A DNA stretch of 64,000 nt from an uncultured Eubacteriales bacterium (GTDB taxonomy: Bacteria > Bacillota > Clostridia > Lachnospirales > JAISER01). The position numbers and the translations under genes were made by a program. The DNA is taken from the NCBI GenBank assembly GCA_964500895.1, contig CAZCQP010000007.1:829-64828 (forward strand), written 5' to 3'. Shown one piece after another: positions 45,829-54,417 of the stretch (position 1 is its first letter; each line of letters begins with the position of its first letter). Below the pieces are notes generated by a model. That model was not told the DNA's origin, did no database searches, and saw only the letters and a program-made list of their open reading frames with translations.

Positions 45829-45924
45829 AAGCTGCCGGGCCCGTTTGGTGTACGTAGGTGTTAAGGCGGCACCTTGCTCGTTGACAATCTGAATTTTTTT
45901 GTTTATACAATCACCTCGTACGCT

Positions 45925-45992
45925 GTTTTTTGTGATGGGTGTCGTCCCCGGGCAATGCGTTTTTTATAATGGGTGTCTTCCCCTTGCCATTG
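45925..45992 (-). repeat. Two head-to-tail 34-nt direct repeats upstream of the small membrane-protein gene
   Basis: 45925-45958 versus 45959-45992: 26 of 34 positions are identical by my alignment. On the coding strand the copies read CAATGGCAAGGGGAAGACACCCATTATAAAAAAC and GCATTGCCCGGGGACGACACCCATCACAAAAAAC. Confidence 0.85.
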
Positions 45993-46035
45993 TTAGCATA
46001 GCATAACCTTGCCATATAATCAAGAGGTTGTTCTA

Positions 46036-46731
46036 TTAATATTGTAGGAAATAGGCAAAGACCAGTATGCCGCCAATGAGCAGCAGCAAGACCAAAAGCG
46101 CAATCCAACTGAGTGGGTGGGCCAAATTAACGGTAAAGCCAAGGCCGATCCGTTTCTCCACAAAAATAGAAGGATTGCCTTTGTCGTAGTAGAACAGGCC
46201 CAGCACCCAGTGGCTGTCGTCTGTTTCTGCCCTATGCGCGAACTGGTTTCCGCCTTGCCTTGCTTTAACGGCCAGTAGGATGACCATTGCAAAAATAACA
46301 ACCAGTACAAAAAGGGAAGAAAACAGAATCCATTGGGATTTAATGATGCCCAGCTGGATAAGCTGTGCGCATAAAAACTGCATTTGCATACATAAGCCAA
46401 TGATGTATAGGGAAGGGCTGAGTAAGGTGTGGTACATATTATTTTTTGTGTTGGGCTTGGGCAAGGCAGAACGTGCCATCAACAGGTTGATGCCCAAAAA
46501 TATAAAGGTAAACACCGCTTGCAGCATGGGCATAAACATAAAGATGCCAAAGGATTTTGGGGCATAACGGTCCACTTCTCCTGCCATGTTTGTATGCATG
46601 GGTATTTGTTCCGGCAATGCGGGGTACCGCACCACTGCCAGCATCACAGACAAAAGGATGAATAGAACGTAGACCAGGAACCAGTAATTGCTCAAAAGTT
46701 TGGGTTTGTTATTGTCAAGCGTAGTCACCAT
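46036..46731 (-). CDS. Polytopic membrane protein (DUF1648/SdpI-like N-terminus)
   Basis: Track ORF trimmed to MVTTLDNNKPKLL (ATG 46731 after AAAGGAGAGG). It has about 6 TM helices, and YPALPEQIPMH...G..DRY resembles DUF1648. Confidence 0.55.
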   Translation of the reverse strand: MVTTLDNNKPKLLSNYWFLVYVLFILLSVMLAVVRYPALPEQIPMHTNMAGEVDRYAPKSFGIFMFMPMLQAVFTFIFLGINLLMARSALPKPNTKNNMYHTLLSPSLYIIGLCMQMQFLCAQLIQLGIIKSQWILFSSLFVLVVIFAMVILLAVKARQGGNQFAHRAETDDSHWVLGLFYYDKGNPSIFVEKRIGLGFTVNLAHPLSWIALLVLLLLIGGILVFAYFLQY

Positions 46732-46857
46732 GCCTCTCCTTTCTTTTTTAGGGGGTGCAAAAATATTCAGCATATTATAACACAAAAACGAACCATGTAT
46801 CATTTTAAATATAAAAACTTAATTTTCTAGAAATTTGAAAAAATTTAAAAATTTCTC

Positions 46858-46886
46858 TTGCATTTTCAAAAGAAATAAGCTATAAT
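46858..46886 (+). promoter_or_regulatory. Sigma-A promoter of the tRNA-Arg gene
   Basis: TTGCAT (46858-46863), 17 nt, TATAAT (46881-46886), preceded by a very AT-rich UP-like tract. The tRNA starts about 50 nt downstream. Confidence 0.65.
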
Positions 46887-46935
46887 GACTAAGCTGTCGA
46901 GGAAAAGGGCATCCTAGTGATGCATGAGTGTATAT

Positions 46936-47009
<74 letters not shown>

Positions 47010-47017
47010 ATTGAAAA

Positions 47018-47055
47018 AATAAAGGTTTCCTGAAATATGGAAACCTTTATTTTTT
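47018..47055 (+). terminator. Rho-independent terminator after tRNA-Arg
   Basis: AATAAAGGTTTCC / GGAAACCTTTATT forms a 13-bp stem with an 8-nt loop, followed by TTTT. Confidence 0.8.
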
Positions 47056-47085
47056 GTATTTTCAGTGAAAAATTGTTTAAGATAG

Positions 47086-48591
47086 ATGCATACTGGGGGT
47101 GCCTGGGTGTTTGTATCCTATGAAGAAAGAATAAAAAATAATGCAGATGTTTTGTTGAACCGCAAAACCTATTACAAGGTGCTGCCGCCGTCGGGAGACA
47201 GAATTTCTGTGGAGTATACCTTAAAGGCGGACAACCAAGAGCCGGTGCGTCTGGAATACCGGCTGGTGACCATGCATGAGGTCATCGGCATGGTGAGCCG
47301 GGGCGATGCGGTGGCTTTGGATTTCTGCTACATTAAAGATTTTGATTTCAGCGTTGTTCAAAATCATTTAAAGGAAAAGCACGTTGCCATTCAAAGCTTT
47401 TCGGCGGTTTGCGCTTTTTTTGATGGGAACGTATCTTTCAGCGGGGCAACATTTGGGGAAGGCCCGGTGTCTTTTACCCAAACCCAATTTGCAGACGGTG
47501 TTATTTCCTTTGAAAATGCCAGTTTTTCAAGCGGCCCGGTTGATTTTAACAGGGCAAGGCTAGGGGACGGGGATGTGCATTTTACCGGGGTGGATTTTGG
47601 CCATAGCCCTGTAGCATTTAATGGCACTCAATTTGGAGACGGCGACATTTGGTTCAACAATGCCCGGTTTGGCAGTGGCCATATTTCTTTTCAGAAAACC
47701 CAGTTTGGTAACGGCAACGTCTTTTTCGACCAGGCAAATTTTGGCCAAGGGGGCATGACCTTTGCTGATGCCCAATTTGGGGAAGGGGGCATTACCTTTT
47801 GCGGGGCTTCTGTGGTTGATGGCGGGATGGTGCAGTTTAATAACACCCACTTTGGCCGGGGATATACGGCCTTTGCAGGCTTAACAGGGCCAAGGGCCAC
47901 CTTTACCTTTCACCGTTGCAGTTTTTTAAACCATGAGGATTTTCGCTTTCAAAACATTGGTGAGCTGAACATTCACGACTGCATCATCGGTGGCACTTTC
48001 GACATGCAGGGTTCAGATGCAGAGCCTGTTCATGTGGGTGTTTTGAGCATGGCCAACACCAAAAACACAGGCAATATGTATGTCCATTGGCAGACGCTGC
48101 AATCTGCTTTGCTGCAAAACAATCAAAAAGATGGCTGCGCCAGCAAAGCCGACCAACTGAAAATGCTGAAAGAAAATTATAGAAACATTGGGGAATACGA
48201 CTGGGAGGACAAAGCTTTTGTGGCCTATATGCGCCAAAACCGCCGTGGGGCATCGCCCTGGAATGCATGGGTAAAGCTGTGGCATCTGGTGATTGACGGC
48301 ATTGGGGAATACGGCACAAACCCCAAGCGCATTTTATTGGTGATGCTTGTGGTGTGGTTTATATTTGGTTGCATCTTTGCCGCTTCGGTGGCGCAGTTTA
48401 ACATGGCACAGCCCTCGTTGCATCCGGGCAATGGCTTTTATTTCAGCGCCATCACCTTTCTAACCATTGGCTATGGCGACATTGCGCCTGTAACGGCGCT
48501 CATGCGTGTGTTGGCCAGCTTGGAAGGTTTTTTAGGATTGTTTTTTATGTCTTATTTTACGGTGGCCATTGTGCGCAAAACCTTGCGCTAG
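47086..48591 (+). CDS. Pentapeptide-repeat domain fused to a 2TM potassium-channel pore (TIGYGD)
   Basis: 501 aa. Residues ~105-290 form a regular pentapeptide/decapeptide array (ATFGEGPVSF, TQFADGVISF, TQFGDGDIWF, ARFGSGHISF, TQFGNGNVFF, ANFGQGGMTF, AQFGEGGITF...). The C-terminus has two TM helices flanking FYFSAITFLTIGYGDIAP. The start could instead be GTG 47107. Confidence 0.8.
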   Translation: MHTGGAWVFVSYEERIKNNADVLLNRKTYYKVLPPSGDRISVEYTLKADNQEPVRLEYRLVTMHEVIGMVSRGDAVALDFCYIKDFDFSVVQNHLKEKHVAIQSFSAVCAFFDGNVSFSGATFGEGPVSFTQTQFADGVISFENASFSSGPVDFNRARLGDGDVHFTGVDFGHSPVAFNGTQFGDGDIWFNNARFGSGHISFQKTQFGNGNVFFDQANFGQGGMTFADAQFGEGGITFCGASVVDGGMVQFNNTHFGRGYTAFAGLTGPRATFTFHRCSFLNHEDFRFQNIGELNIHDCIIGGTFDMQGSDAEPVHVGVLSMANTKNTGNMYVHWQTLQSALLQNNQKDGCASKADQLKMLKENYRNIGEYDWEDKAFVAYMRQNRRGASPWNAWVKLWHLVIDGIGEYGTNPKRILLVMLVVWFIFGCIFAASVAQFNMAQPSLHPGNGFYFSAITFLTIGYGDIAPVTALMRVLASLEGFLGLFFMSYFTVAIVRKTLR

Positions 48592-48612
48592 CCGCTTATT
48601 CAAGGGGAAAAC

Positions 48613-49455
48613 ATGATAAAAAGAAGGATGACAAAAAAGAAAACGATTTGTTTGGTGTTGCTGCTGCTTTTGCTGTTGGTTTTGTGGGCGTTTTGGCCGG
48701 GTATCGTCACCAGAACATACACCATACAGTCCAATAAAGTGAATGATACCATTACACTGATGCTTATCACCGACTTGCATAGTCACACTTTCGGCAAGCA
48801 ACAAAGCCGACTGGCGGGCAAAATAAAAAAAGCCCGGCCCCAAGTTATTTTATTGGGGGGCGACATTGCCGATGACGTGATGCCCCTGAAAGGCACAGAA
48901 GATTTTCTGGCCGCCATTTCAGGGCTGGCACCTACATATTATGTAACCGGCAACCATGAATGGTGGTCGGGGGAGACTGACCATATTAAAGAAACCATAC
49001 AAAGTTACGGCGTAACGGTTTTAGAAAATGAATTTGAAACCATAAACATTGGCGGCAGCAACCTGACCATTGCCGGTGCAGAGGACCCCTTTTCCATTCA
49101 AAATGATGTACAGTGGGCCAGTGTGCTTCAGCAGGCATTTGAACCTTTGCAGTTTGATACAAAAAACATTAGGCTATTGTTGTCCCATCGGCCGGAAGCG
49201 GTGGCGGTGTATGAAACGTTGTCTGTAGACATGGTGTTGTCCGGCCATGCCCACGGTGGGCAATTTCGCATCCCCGGCATACTGAACGGCTTTATTGCCC
49301 CCAACCAAGGCTTTTTTCCAAAGTATGCCGGTGGGGTTTACACCCACGCAGAACAGGTACATATCGTAAGCCGGGGTCTTGCCAATAGCATCAAGCTGCC
49401 ACGGATTTTTAACCCTGGTGAAGTTGTCGTGGTGAAGTTAAAACCAGCGTCTTAA
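48613..49455 (+). CDS. Membrane-anchored metallophosphoesterase (calcineurin-like)
   Basis: 280 aa with an N-terminal TM helix and the motifs DLHS, GGDIAD, GNHE and GHAHGGQ. Confidence 0.8.
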   Translation: MIKRRMTKKKTICLVLLLLLLLVLWAFWPGIVTRTYTIQSNKVNDTITLMLITDLHSHTFGKQQSRLAGKIKKARPQVILLGGDIADDVMPLKGTEDFLAAISGLAPTYYVTGNHEWWSGETDHIKETIQSYGVTVLENEFETINIGGSNLTIAGAEDPFSIQNDVQWASVLQQAFEPLQFDTKNIRLLLSHRPEAVAVYETLSVDMVLSGHAHGGQFRIPGILNGFIAPNQGFFPKYAGGVYTHAEQVHIVSRGLANSIKLPRIFNPGEVVVVKLKPAS

Positions 49456-50399
49456 CAGGTTTGGCCCTGGTCTGGTGTTCGGCGTAAAAAGGACCACCGG
49501 GTTTCTTTGGTGATGATGGCGGCTAGAATGATGACACAGCCCACAACCATTTGAGGGGACATGGTTTCCCCCAGGTAAAAGGCGGCAAAAAGGCTTCCAA
49601 ACACCGATTCCATAGACAAAATAATGGCGGCGCTGGTGGCGGAGATATACCGCTGGGCGGTAATTTGCCCCACAAAAGCCAGCACAGTGCCCATGGCCGC
49701 TAGATAAAGCAGCTCCCATTTCACCTGCCAATACATCTGAAAAGTGGTTTTTTCAAGCATGGCAGCCACCAGAATAAAAACCAAAGCCGCCACTGTAAAT
49801 TGCATCAATGTTAAAAGCACCGGGTCTTCGGCTTTGCACCAACGGTCGATGGTTAAAATATGAAAAGCGCAAAAGACAGCACAGCTTAAGCTAAGCAAAT
49901 CCCCATTGTTAAAGGCAATGCCCGGCTGGATGGTTAAAAGCCCAATGCCTGCCGCAGCCATGCCAGCACCCAGCAATGTATAAATGTCCGGTTTCACCCG
50001 GAAGATAACCCAGATGATAAAGGGAAGCATCAGCACGTTAGAGCCGATTAAAAAAGTTTGCTTGGAAGCTGTGGTCATTTGAATGCCAATGGTTGAAAGC
50101 ACATACATGGCAATGAGCAAAAGCCCCACAACACTGCCCCGTTTCACACAACTTCTGGTGATGCTGGGCAGTTTTTTGATGTACAGCCCGGCCAAAAGCA
50201 CCACAGATAACAAAAAACGGGCGGCCAACAAAGAAAAGGTGGGCAAGGTTTGGGTGGCTTCTTTCATTAAGGCATAGCTGGTTCCCCAGGTGCACGACGT
50301 TAATAATAGGATGCACGCACAGACCACCGTTCTTTTGCGCACAGGCATGGTATCCAGCCATTGAACAAATTGAGCCATGTTAAAACCCCGCTTCTTCAT
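49452..50399 (-). CDS. EamA/DMT-family transporter
   Basis: 315 aa with 10 TM helices and a duplicated EamA pattern. The start may be the Met at 50378. The stop overlaps the convergent 48613-49455 gene by 4 nt. Confidence 0.8.
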   Translation of the reverse strand: MKKRGFNMAQFVQWLDTMPVRKRTVVCACILLLTSCTWGTSYALMKEATQTLPTFSLLAARFLLSVVLLAGLYIKKLPSITRSCVKRGSVVGLLLIAMYVLSTIGIQMTTASKQTFLIGSNVLMLPFIIWVIFRVKPDIYTLLGAGMAAAGIGLLTIQPGIAFNNGDLLSLSCAVFCAFHILTIDRWCKAEDPVLLTLMQFTVAALVFILVAAMLEKTTFQMYWQVKWELLYLAAMGTVLAFVGQITAQRYISATSAAIILSMESVFGSLFAAFYLGETMSPQMVVGCVIILAAIITKETRWSFLRRTPDQGQTC

Positions 50400-50440
50400 T
50401 TTATACTTGCAAGTTCGATTATAGCAGATTGATAACTTGA

Positions 50441-50498
50441 TGACAACAAAACAAAGGTACGCCGAAGGGGGTAAAATACCCTTTGGCGTACCTTTTGT
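50441..50498 (-). terminator. Rho-independent terminator after the Opp/Dpp-type operon
   Basis: ACAAAGGTACGCCGAAGGG / CCCTTTGGCGTACCTTTTGT forms a long stem (one mismatch). On the minus strand it is followed by TTTGTTGT. Confidence 0.65.
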
Positions 50499-50516
50499 GT
50501 TGATTAATCAATGGCT

Positions 50517-51470
50517 TTATGCATACAAAATGCAAGCCACTTGATGTCCCGGTTCCACTTCTTTTAGGGCAATGTCCTGCTGGGTGCAGGCGGCCGTGGC
50601 ATGGGGGCAACGGGGGGCAAACCGGCACCCGGGCTTGGGCTCAATGGGGCTGGTAATTTCGCCCCGGATGGTCTGGCGTTCTTTGTCCCGGTAGTCCAAG
50701 TCGGGAATGGGGATGGCGCTTAAAAGGGCCTGGGTGTACGGGTGCTTGGGGTTTGCAAACAAAGCATCCGGGGAGGCCAGTTCCACGCACATGCCTAAGT
50801 ACATGACTGCAATTTGGTTTGAAATGTGCTTCACCACAGACAAGTCGTGGGTGATGAACATGTACGTCAGCCCAATGGATTCCTGCAAATCCATCATCAA
50901 GTTTAAAATTTGCGCCTGAATGCTTACGTCCAGAGCCGATACAGGCTCGTCGCACACAATGAACTCCGGGTTTAAAGCCAGCGCCCGGGCAATGCCAATG
51001 CGCTGCCGCCGTCCGCCGTCCAGCTCATGGGGGTAGGTGTTCACCAGCTTGCGGGAAAGCCCCACAATGTCCATCAGCTCTCGGATGCGGGTGTTCATTT
51101 CCGTGCGGGTGCTGAAAACCTTGTTCACAATCAAAGGCTCGGCAATGATTTGGCTAAGAGAAAGCCGGGGGTTCAAAGAGGCATAAGGGTCTTGGAAGAT
51201 GATTTGCATTTTTTTGCGCTGTTCCTTCATTTGGCGGGGGGACAGCTTTAAAATGTCCACCCCATCGTAAAGCACCTGGCCGCTGGATGCAGGCAATAAC
51301 CGCAAAATGGTGCGCCCCAACGTGCTTTTTCCACAGCCGGATTCACCGACAACCCCCAGGGTTTCCCCTTTGTTTATAGTCATATTCACCCCGTCTACCG
51401 CATGTAAGTTGCCGGAGGGGGTTTTAAAATATTTTTTAAGGGCAATGGTCTGAAGCAATGGCATGGTCAT
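50517..51470 (-). CDS. Opp/Dpp-type peptide ABC transporter ATP-binding protein (OppF-like)
   Basis: Track ORF trimmed to MTMPLLQTIALKKYF (ATGA overlap with the upstream gene). Walker A GESGCGKST, signature LDGGRRQR, and a C-terminal oligopeptide-type extension with Cys motifs. Confidence 0.9.
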   Translation of the reverse strand: MTMPLLQTIALKKYFKTPSGNLHAVDGVNMTINKGETLGVVGESGCGKSTLGRTILRLLPASSGQVLYDGVDILKLSPRQMKEQRKKMQIIFQDPYASLNPRLSLSQIIAEPLIVNKVFSTRTEMNTRIRELMDIVGLSRKLVNTYPHELDGGRRQRIGIARALALNPEFIVCDEPVSALDVSIQAQILNLMMDLQESIGLTYMFITHDLSVVKHISNQIAVMYLGMCVELASPDALFANPKHPYTQALLSAIPIPDLDYRDKERQTIRGEITSPIEPKPGCRFAPRCPHATAACTQQDIALKEVEPGHQVACILYA

Positions 51471-52468
51471 CTGTCCTCTTTTGATTTTTGTTGAAACAAA
51501 TGGCATTTAATCTGGTGGGTGCCCTGTGTAAAGTTTTCGGGCACATCCGTTTTGCATGTGTCAAAGCATTGGGGGCACCGGGTATGGAATTTGCAGCCGG
51601 AAGGCAAGTCCGTAGGGTCTGGCATAAGGCCTTCGATGGGCTTTAGCCGCTTGGAATGGGCTTGCAAGCTGGGCAGGGAACCGAACAGGCCGTTGGTGTA
51701 AGGGTGGTGATTGGGGCTTTTGTCGAAAATATCATACACTGTGCCAATTTCAATAATTTCCCCTGCATACATAATGGCCACCACGTCACACATTTGGGCC
51801 ACAATGCCCAGGTCGTGGGTAATTAAAAGCATACTGGTGTTCAGCCGCTGCTTTAACTCATTCATCAGCTTCAGCACCTGGTTTTGCACGGTCACATCAA
51901 GCGCCGTGGTGGGTTCGTCTGCAATGAGCAAAGCCGGTTCACACACCAGCGCCATGGCAATGACCACCCGCTGTTTCATGCCCCCGGAAAATTGGTGGGG
52001 ATACTCATGTTTACGGGAAGCGGGAATGCCCACCAGTTCCAAAATGCTATCCACTTTTTCTTCAACTTCTTGCTTGCTTAAAGCGTTGTGCATTTCAATG
52101 GCTTCCCCAATTTGCCGCCCCACGGTGAGCACCGGGTTCAGGCTGGTCATAGGGTCTTGAAAAATCATAGACACCCGTTTGCCCCGCACTTTACGCAAGT
52201 CTGCTTCCGGCAGCTTCATCAGGTCTTTGCCGTCCATAAAAATTTTGCCTTTGGTAATTTGGCCAATTTCTTTGGGCAAAAGCTGTAAAATGCTTAGGGC
52301 TGTGGTGGTTTTACCCGCCCCGGTTTCCCCCACAAGGGCGAAAACCTGCCCGGCTTGTATCTCAAAGTCCACACCATTCACGGCATAGTTGGTGTCTTCA
52401 CTGGTTACATACTTTACATGTAAATCTTCAATTCTTAACAATGGCTCTTGGGCTGTATTGTCAGACAT
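51467..52468 (-). CDS. Opp/Dpp-type peptide ABC transporter ATP-binding protein (OppD-like)
   Basis: 333 aa with Walker A GETGAGKTT, signature FSGGMKQR, and the C-terminal CKFHTRCPQCFDTC. Confidence 0.9.
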   Translation of the reverse strand: MSDNTAQEPLLRIEDLHVKYVTSEDTNYAVNGVDFEIQAGQVFALVGETGAGKTTTALSILQLLPKEIGQITKGKIFMDGKDLMKLPEADLRKVRGKRVSMIFQDPMTSLNPVLTVGRQIGEAIEMHNALSKQEVEEKVDSILELVGIPASRKHEYPHQFSGGMKQRVVIAMALVCEPALLIADEPTTALDVTVQNQVLKLMNELKQRLNTSMLLITHDLGIVAQMCDVVAIMYAGEIIEIGTVYDIFDKSPNHHPYTNGLFGSLPSLQAHSKRLKPIEGLMPDPTDLPSGCKFHTRCPQCFDTCKTDVPENFTQGTHQIKCHLFQQKSKEDR

Positions 52469-52482
52469 GTAATCACCCCCGT

Positions 52483-53391
52483 CTAATTTTTAAGTTTCGG
52501 GTCAATGGAATCCCGCAAACCGTCGCCCAGCAAGTTCAGGGCAAGCACAGTAAGCATGATGGCCAGACCGGGAAACAACACAAGCCAGGGTTGGTAACGG
52601 ATGTACTTTTGCCCTTCGTAAAGCATACTTCCCCATTCCGGCGCAGGGGGCATAATGCCCAAGCCTAGGTAACTTAAACCGGAGGCCACAATGATGTCAT
52701 AACCCACAAACAAAGTGGCTTGTACAATGAGTGGTGCTAACGTGTTGGGAATGATGTGGGTGAGAATGATGCGCCGGTGGTTAGAACCCACCGCCACAGC
52801 AGCCTCCACAAACTCATTATCCTTTAGAGAAAGGACAGAAGAGCGGATAATCCGTGCGTAACCGGGAATGTCTGCCACTGCAATGGCAATAATCAAATTG
52901 CGCAGGTTAGAGCCTAATGCAGAAACAATGGCAATGGCCAGCAACGTATAGGGGATGGCAATCAAAATGTCCATACAGCGCATGATGATGTTGTCCAGCT
53001 TGCCGCCGAAATAACCGGCAATGGAACCAATAGCGCCCCCTACAAACAGGCCGCTAAACGTAGCGGCAAAGCCAATGAGCAGGGAATACCGGCTGCCGTA
53101 CACAATACGGGCGAAAATGTCCCGGCCAAAAGCATCCGTACCCAGCCAGTGTTCAGCACTGGGGGGCTGCAACTTATTGCGCACATTTTGGGCAATCACC
53201 TGGGTTTCATAGTCGATGCCCACAAAACCGTAAATGCAAAGGGCAAATATACATAAAAGCAGAAACAAACCAAAAATGGCCAGCTTCTTGCGTTTAAAGC
53301 GGAAAAACACGTCTTGCCACAAGCTTCTGCTTTTTCTATCTTCCGATTGTTGTTCATTGTATTGTGCATTTAACGCCATGCCAACAACCAT
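52483..53391 (-). CDS. Opp/Dpp-type ABC transporter permease (OppC-like)
   Basis: 302 aa with the OppC N-terminal pattern and the EAA loop FVEAAVAVGSNHRRIILTHIIPN. Confidence 0.9.
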   Translation of the reverse strand: MVVGMALNAQYNEQQSEDRKSRSLWQDVFFRFKRKKLAIFGLFLLLCIFALCIYGFVGIDYETQVIAQNVRNKLQPPSAEHWLGTDAFGRDIFARIVYGSRYSLLIGFAATFSGLFVGGAIGSIAGYFGGKLDNIIMRCMDILIAIPYTLLAIAIVSALGSNLRNLIIAIAVADIPGYARIIRSSVLSLKDNEFVEAAVAVGSNHRRIILTHIIPNTLAPLIVQATLFVGYDIIVASGLSYLGLGIMPPAPEWGSMLYEGQKYIRYQPWLVLFPGLAIMLTVLALNLLGDGLRDSIDPKLKN

Positions 53392-53395
53392 GTGC

Positions 53396-54331
53396 TCACC
53401 TCTTTTTCACGTATTGAGATTTAATTCTTGGGTCAATCATGCCGTAGGACAAATCCACCAGCAGGGTGACGAAGCTGAATAAAAAGGACATAAACAGCAC
53501 GCAGCCCATCACCAGGGGAATGTCTTTAGAGCGAATGGCCGTCAGCAGCAATGTGCCCACACCGGTCATACCGAAAACAGACTCTGTAAGCACAGAGCCC
53601 CCCAGCATGTAACCAAAGTTCACTCCCATGGTGGTGATGACGGGAATAAGGGCATTGCGCACCGCATGACGCCAGATGACGATGGATTCGTCAGCACCTT
53701 TGGCCCGCACCGTGCGGATGTAGTCCTGCCGGATAACCTCCAGCATGGAAGACCGGGTCATACGCATAATTTGGGCCACGCTGGTGGCTGCCAATGTGAA
53801 AGAGGGAAGAATAAAGTTTGCAAAAGAATCCGAGCCGGTGGCTGGCAAAAGGTTTAAATACAAGGCAAAGACCAACATAACGATAAGGCCCAGCCAGAAA
53901 GAGGGCATGGCCGTAAAGACCAGCGCAATCACCATGCCAATGCCATCTATGAAGGTGTCCTTCTTCACGGCCACCAAAACCCCCAGCGGAATGGAGAGCA
54001 CAGCCGTTAGCAAAATGGACATGGTGGCCAACAGAAAGGTGGTGGGGAACCGGGCTTTAATTTCATTAATCACATTTGCTCCGGTACGGTAAGAGTTGCC
54101 GAAATCCCCTTTGAGTGCGTTGCCCATATACTTCACATATTTCACAGGCAAGGGGTCGTAATAACCCAGCTTGGTGTTTAACTCGTGAATGGCCTCTGCC
54201 GAGGCACGCTCGCCCAAAATAAGACGGGCGGGGTTGCCCGGCGTTAAGCTGATGATTGAAAAAATAATGATGGAAATGCCCAGTAGAACAGGCAACATCA
54301 TTAAAAGCCGTTTTAAGATATATTTATACAT
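53396..54331 (-). CDS. Opp/Dpp-type ABC transporter permease (OppB-like)
   Basis: Track ORF trimmed to MYKYILKRLLMMLPVLLG. The EAA loop reads DYIRTVRAKGADESIVIWRHAVRNALIP. Confidence 0.9.
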   Translation of the reverse strand: MYKYILKRLLMMLPVLLGISIIIFSIISLTPGNPARLILGERASAEAIHELNTKLGYYDPLPVKYVKYMGNALKGDFGNSYRTGANVINEIKARFPTTFLLATMSILLTAVLSIPLGVLVAVKKDTFIDGIGMVIALVFTAMPSFWLGLIVMLVFALYLNLLPATGSDSFANFILPSFTLAATSVAQIMRMTRSSMLEVIRQDYIRTVRAKGADESIVIWRHAVRNALIPVITTMGVNFGYMLGGSVLTESVFGMTGVGTLLLTAIRSKDIPLVMGCVLFMSFLFSFVTLLVDLSYGMIDPRIKSQYVKKR

Positions 54332-54417
54332 AAGCCCGCTCCATTTTTCATACTCAGTCAAAAAATTTAGATAAAAGGCCGGTTTAACCCGGCCTTCTTG
54401 AAATGCTATGCATGAAT

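Noticed and set aside
45925-45992. Annotating the tandem 34-mers as bona fide class I preQ1 riboswitches.
   Set aside because: The resemblance is limited to the ACACCC...AUAAAAAAC portion. The conserved U after P1 and a P2 partner are missing, the second copy cannot form P1, and the candidate promoter may start transcription inside copy 1. It is kept only as a hypothesis in the findings.
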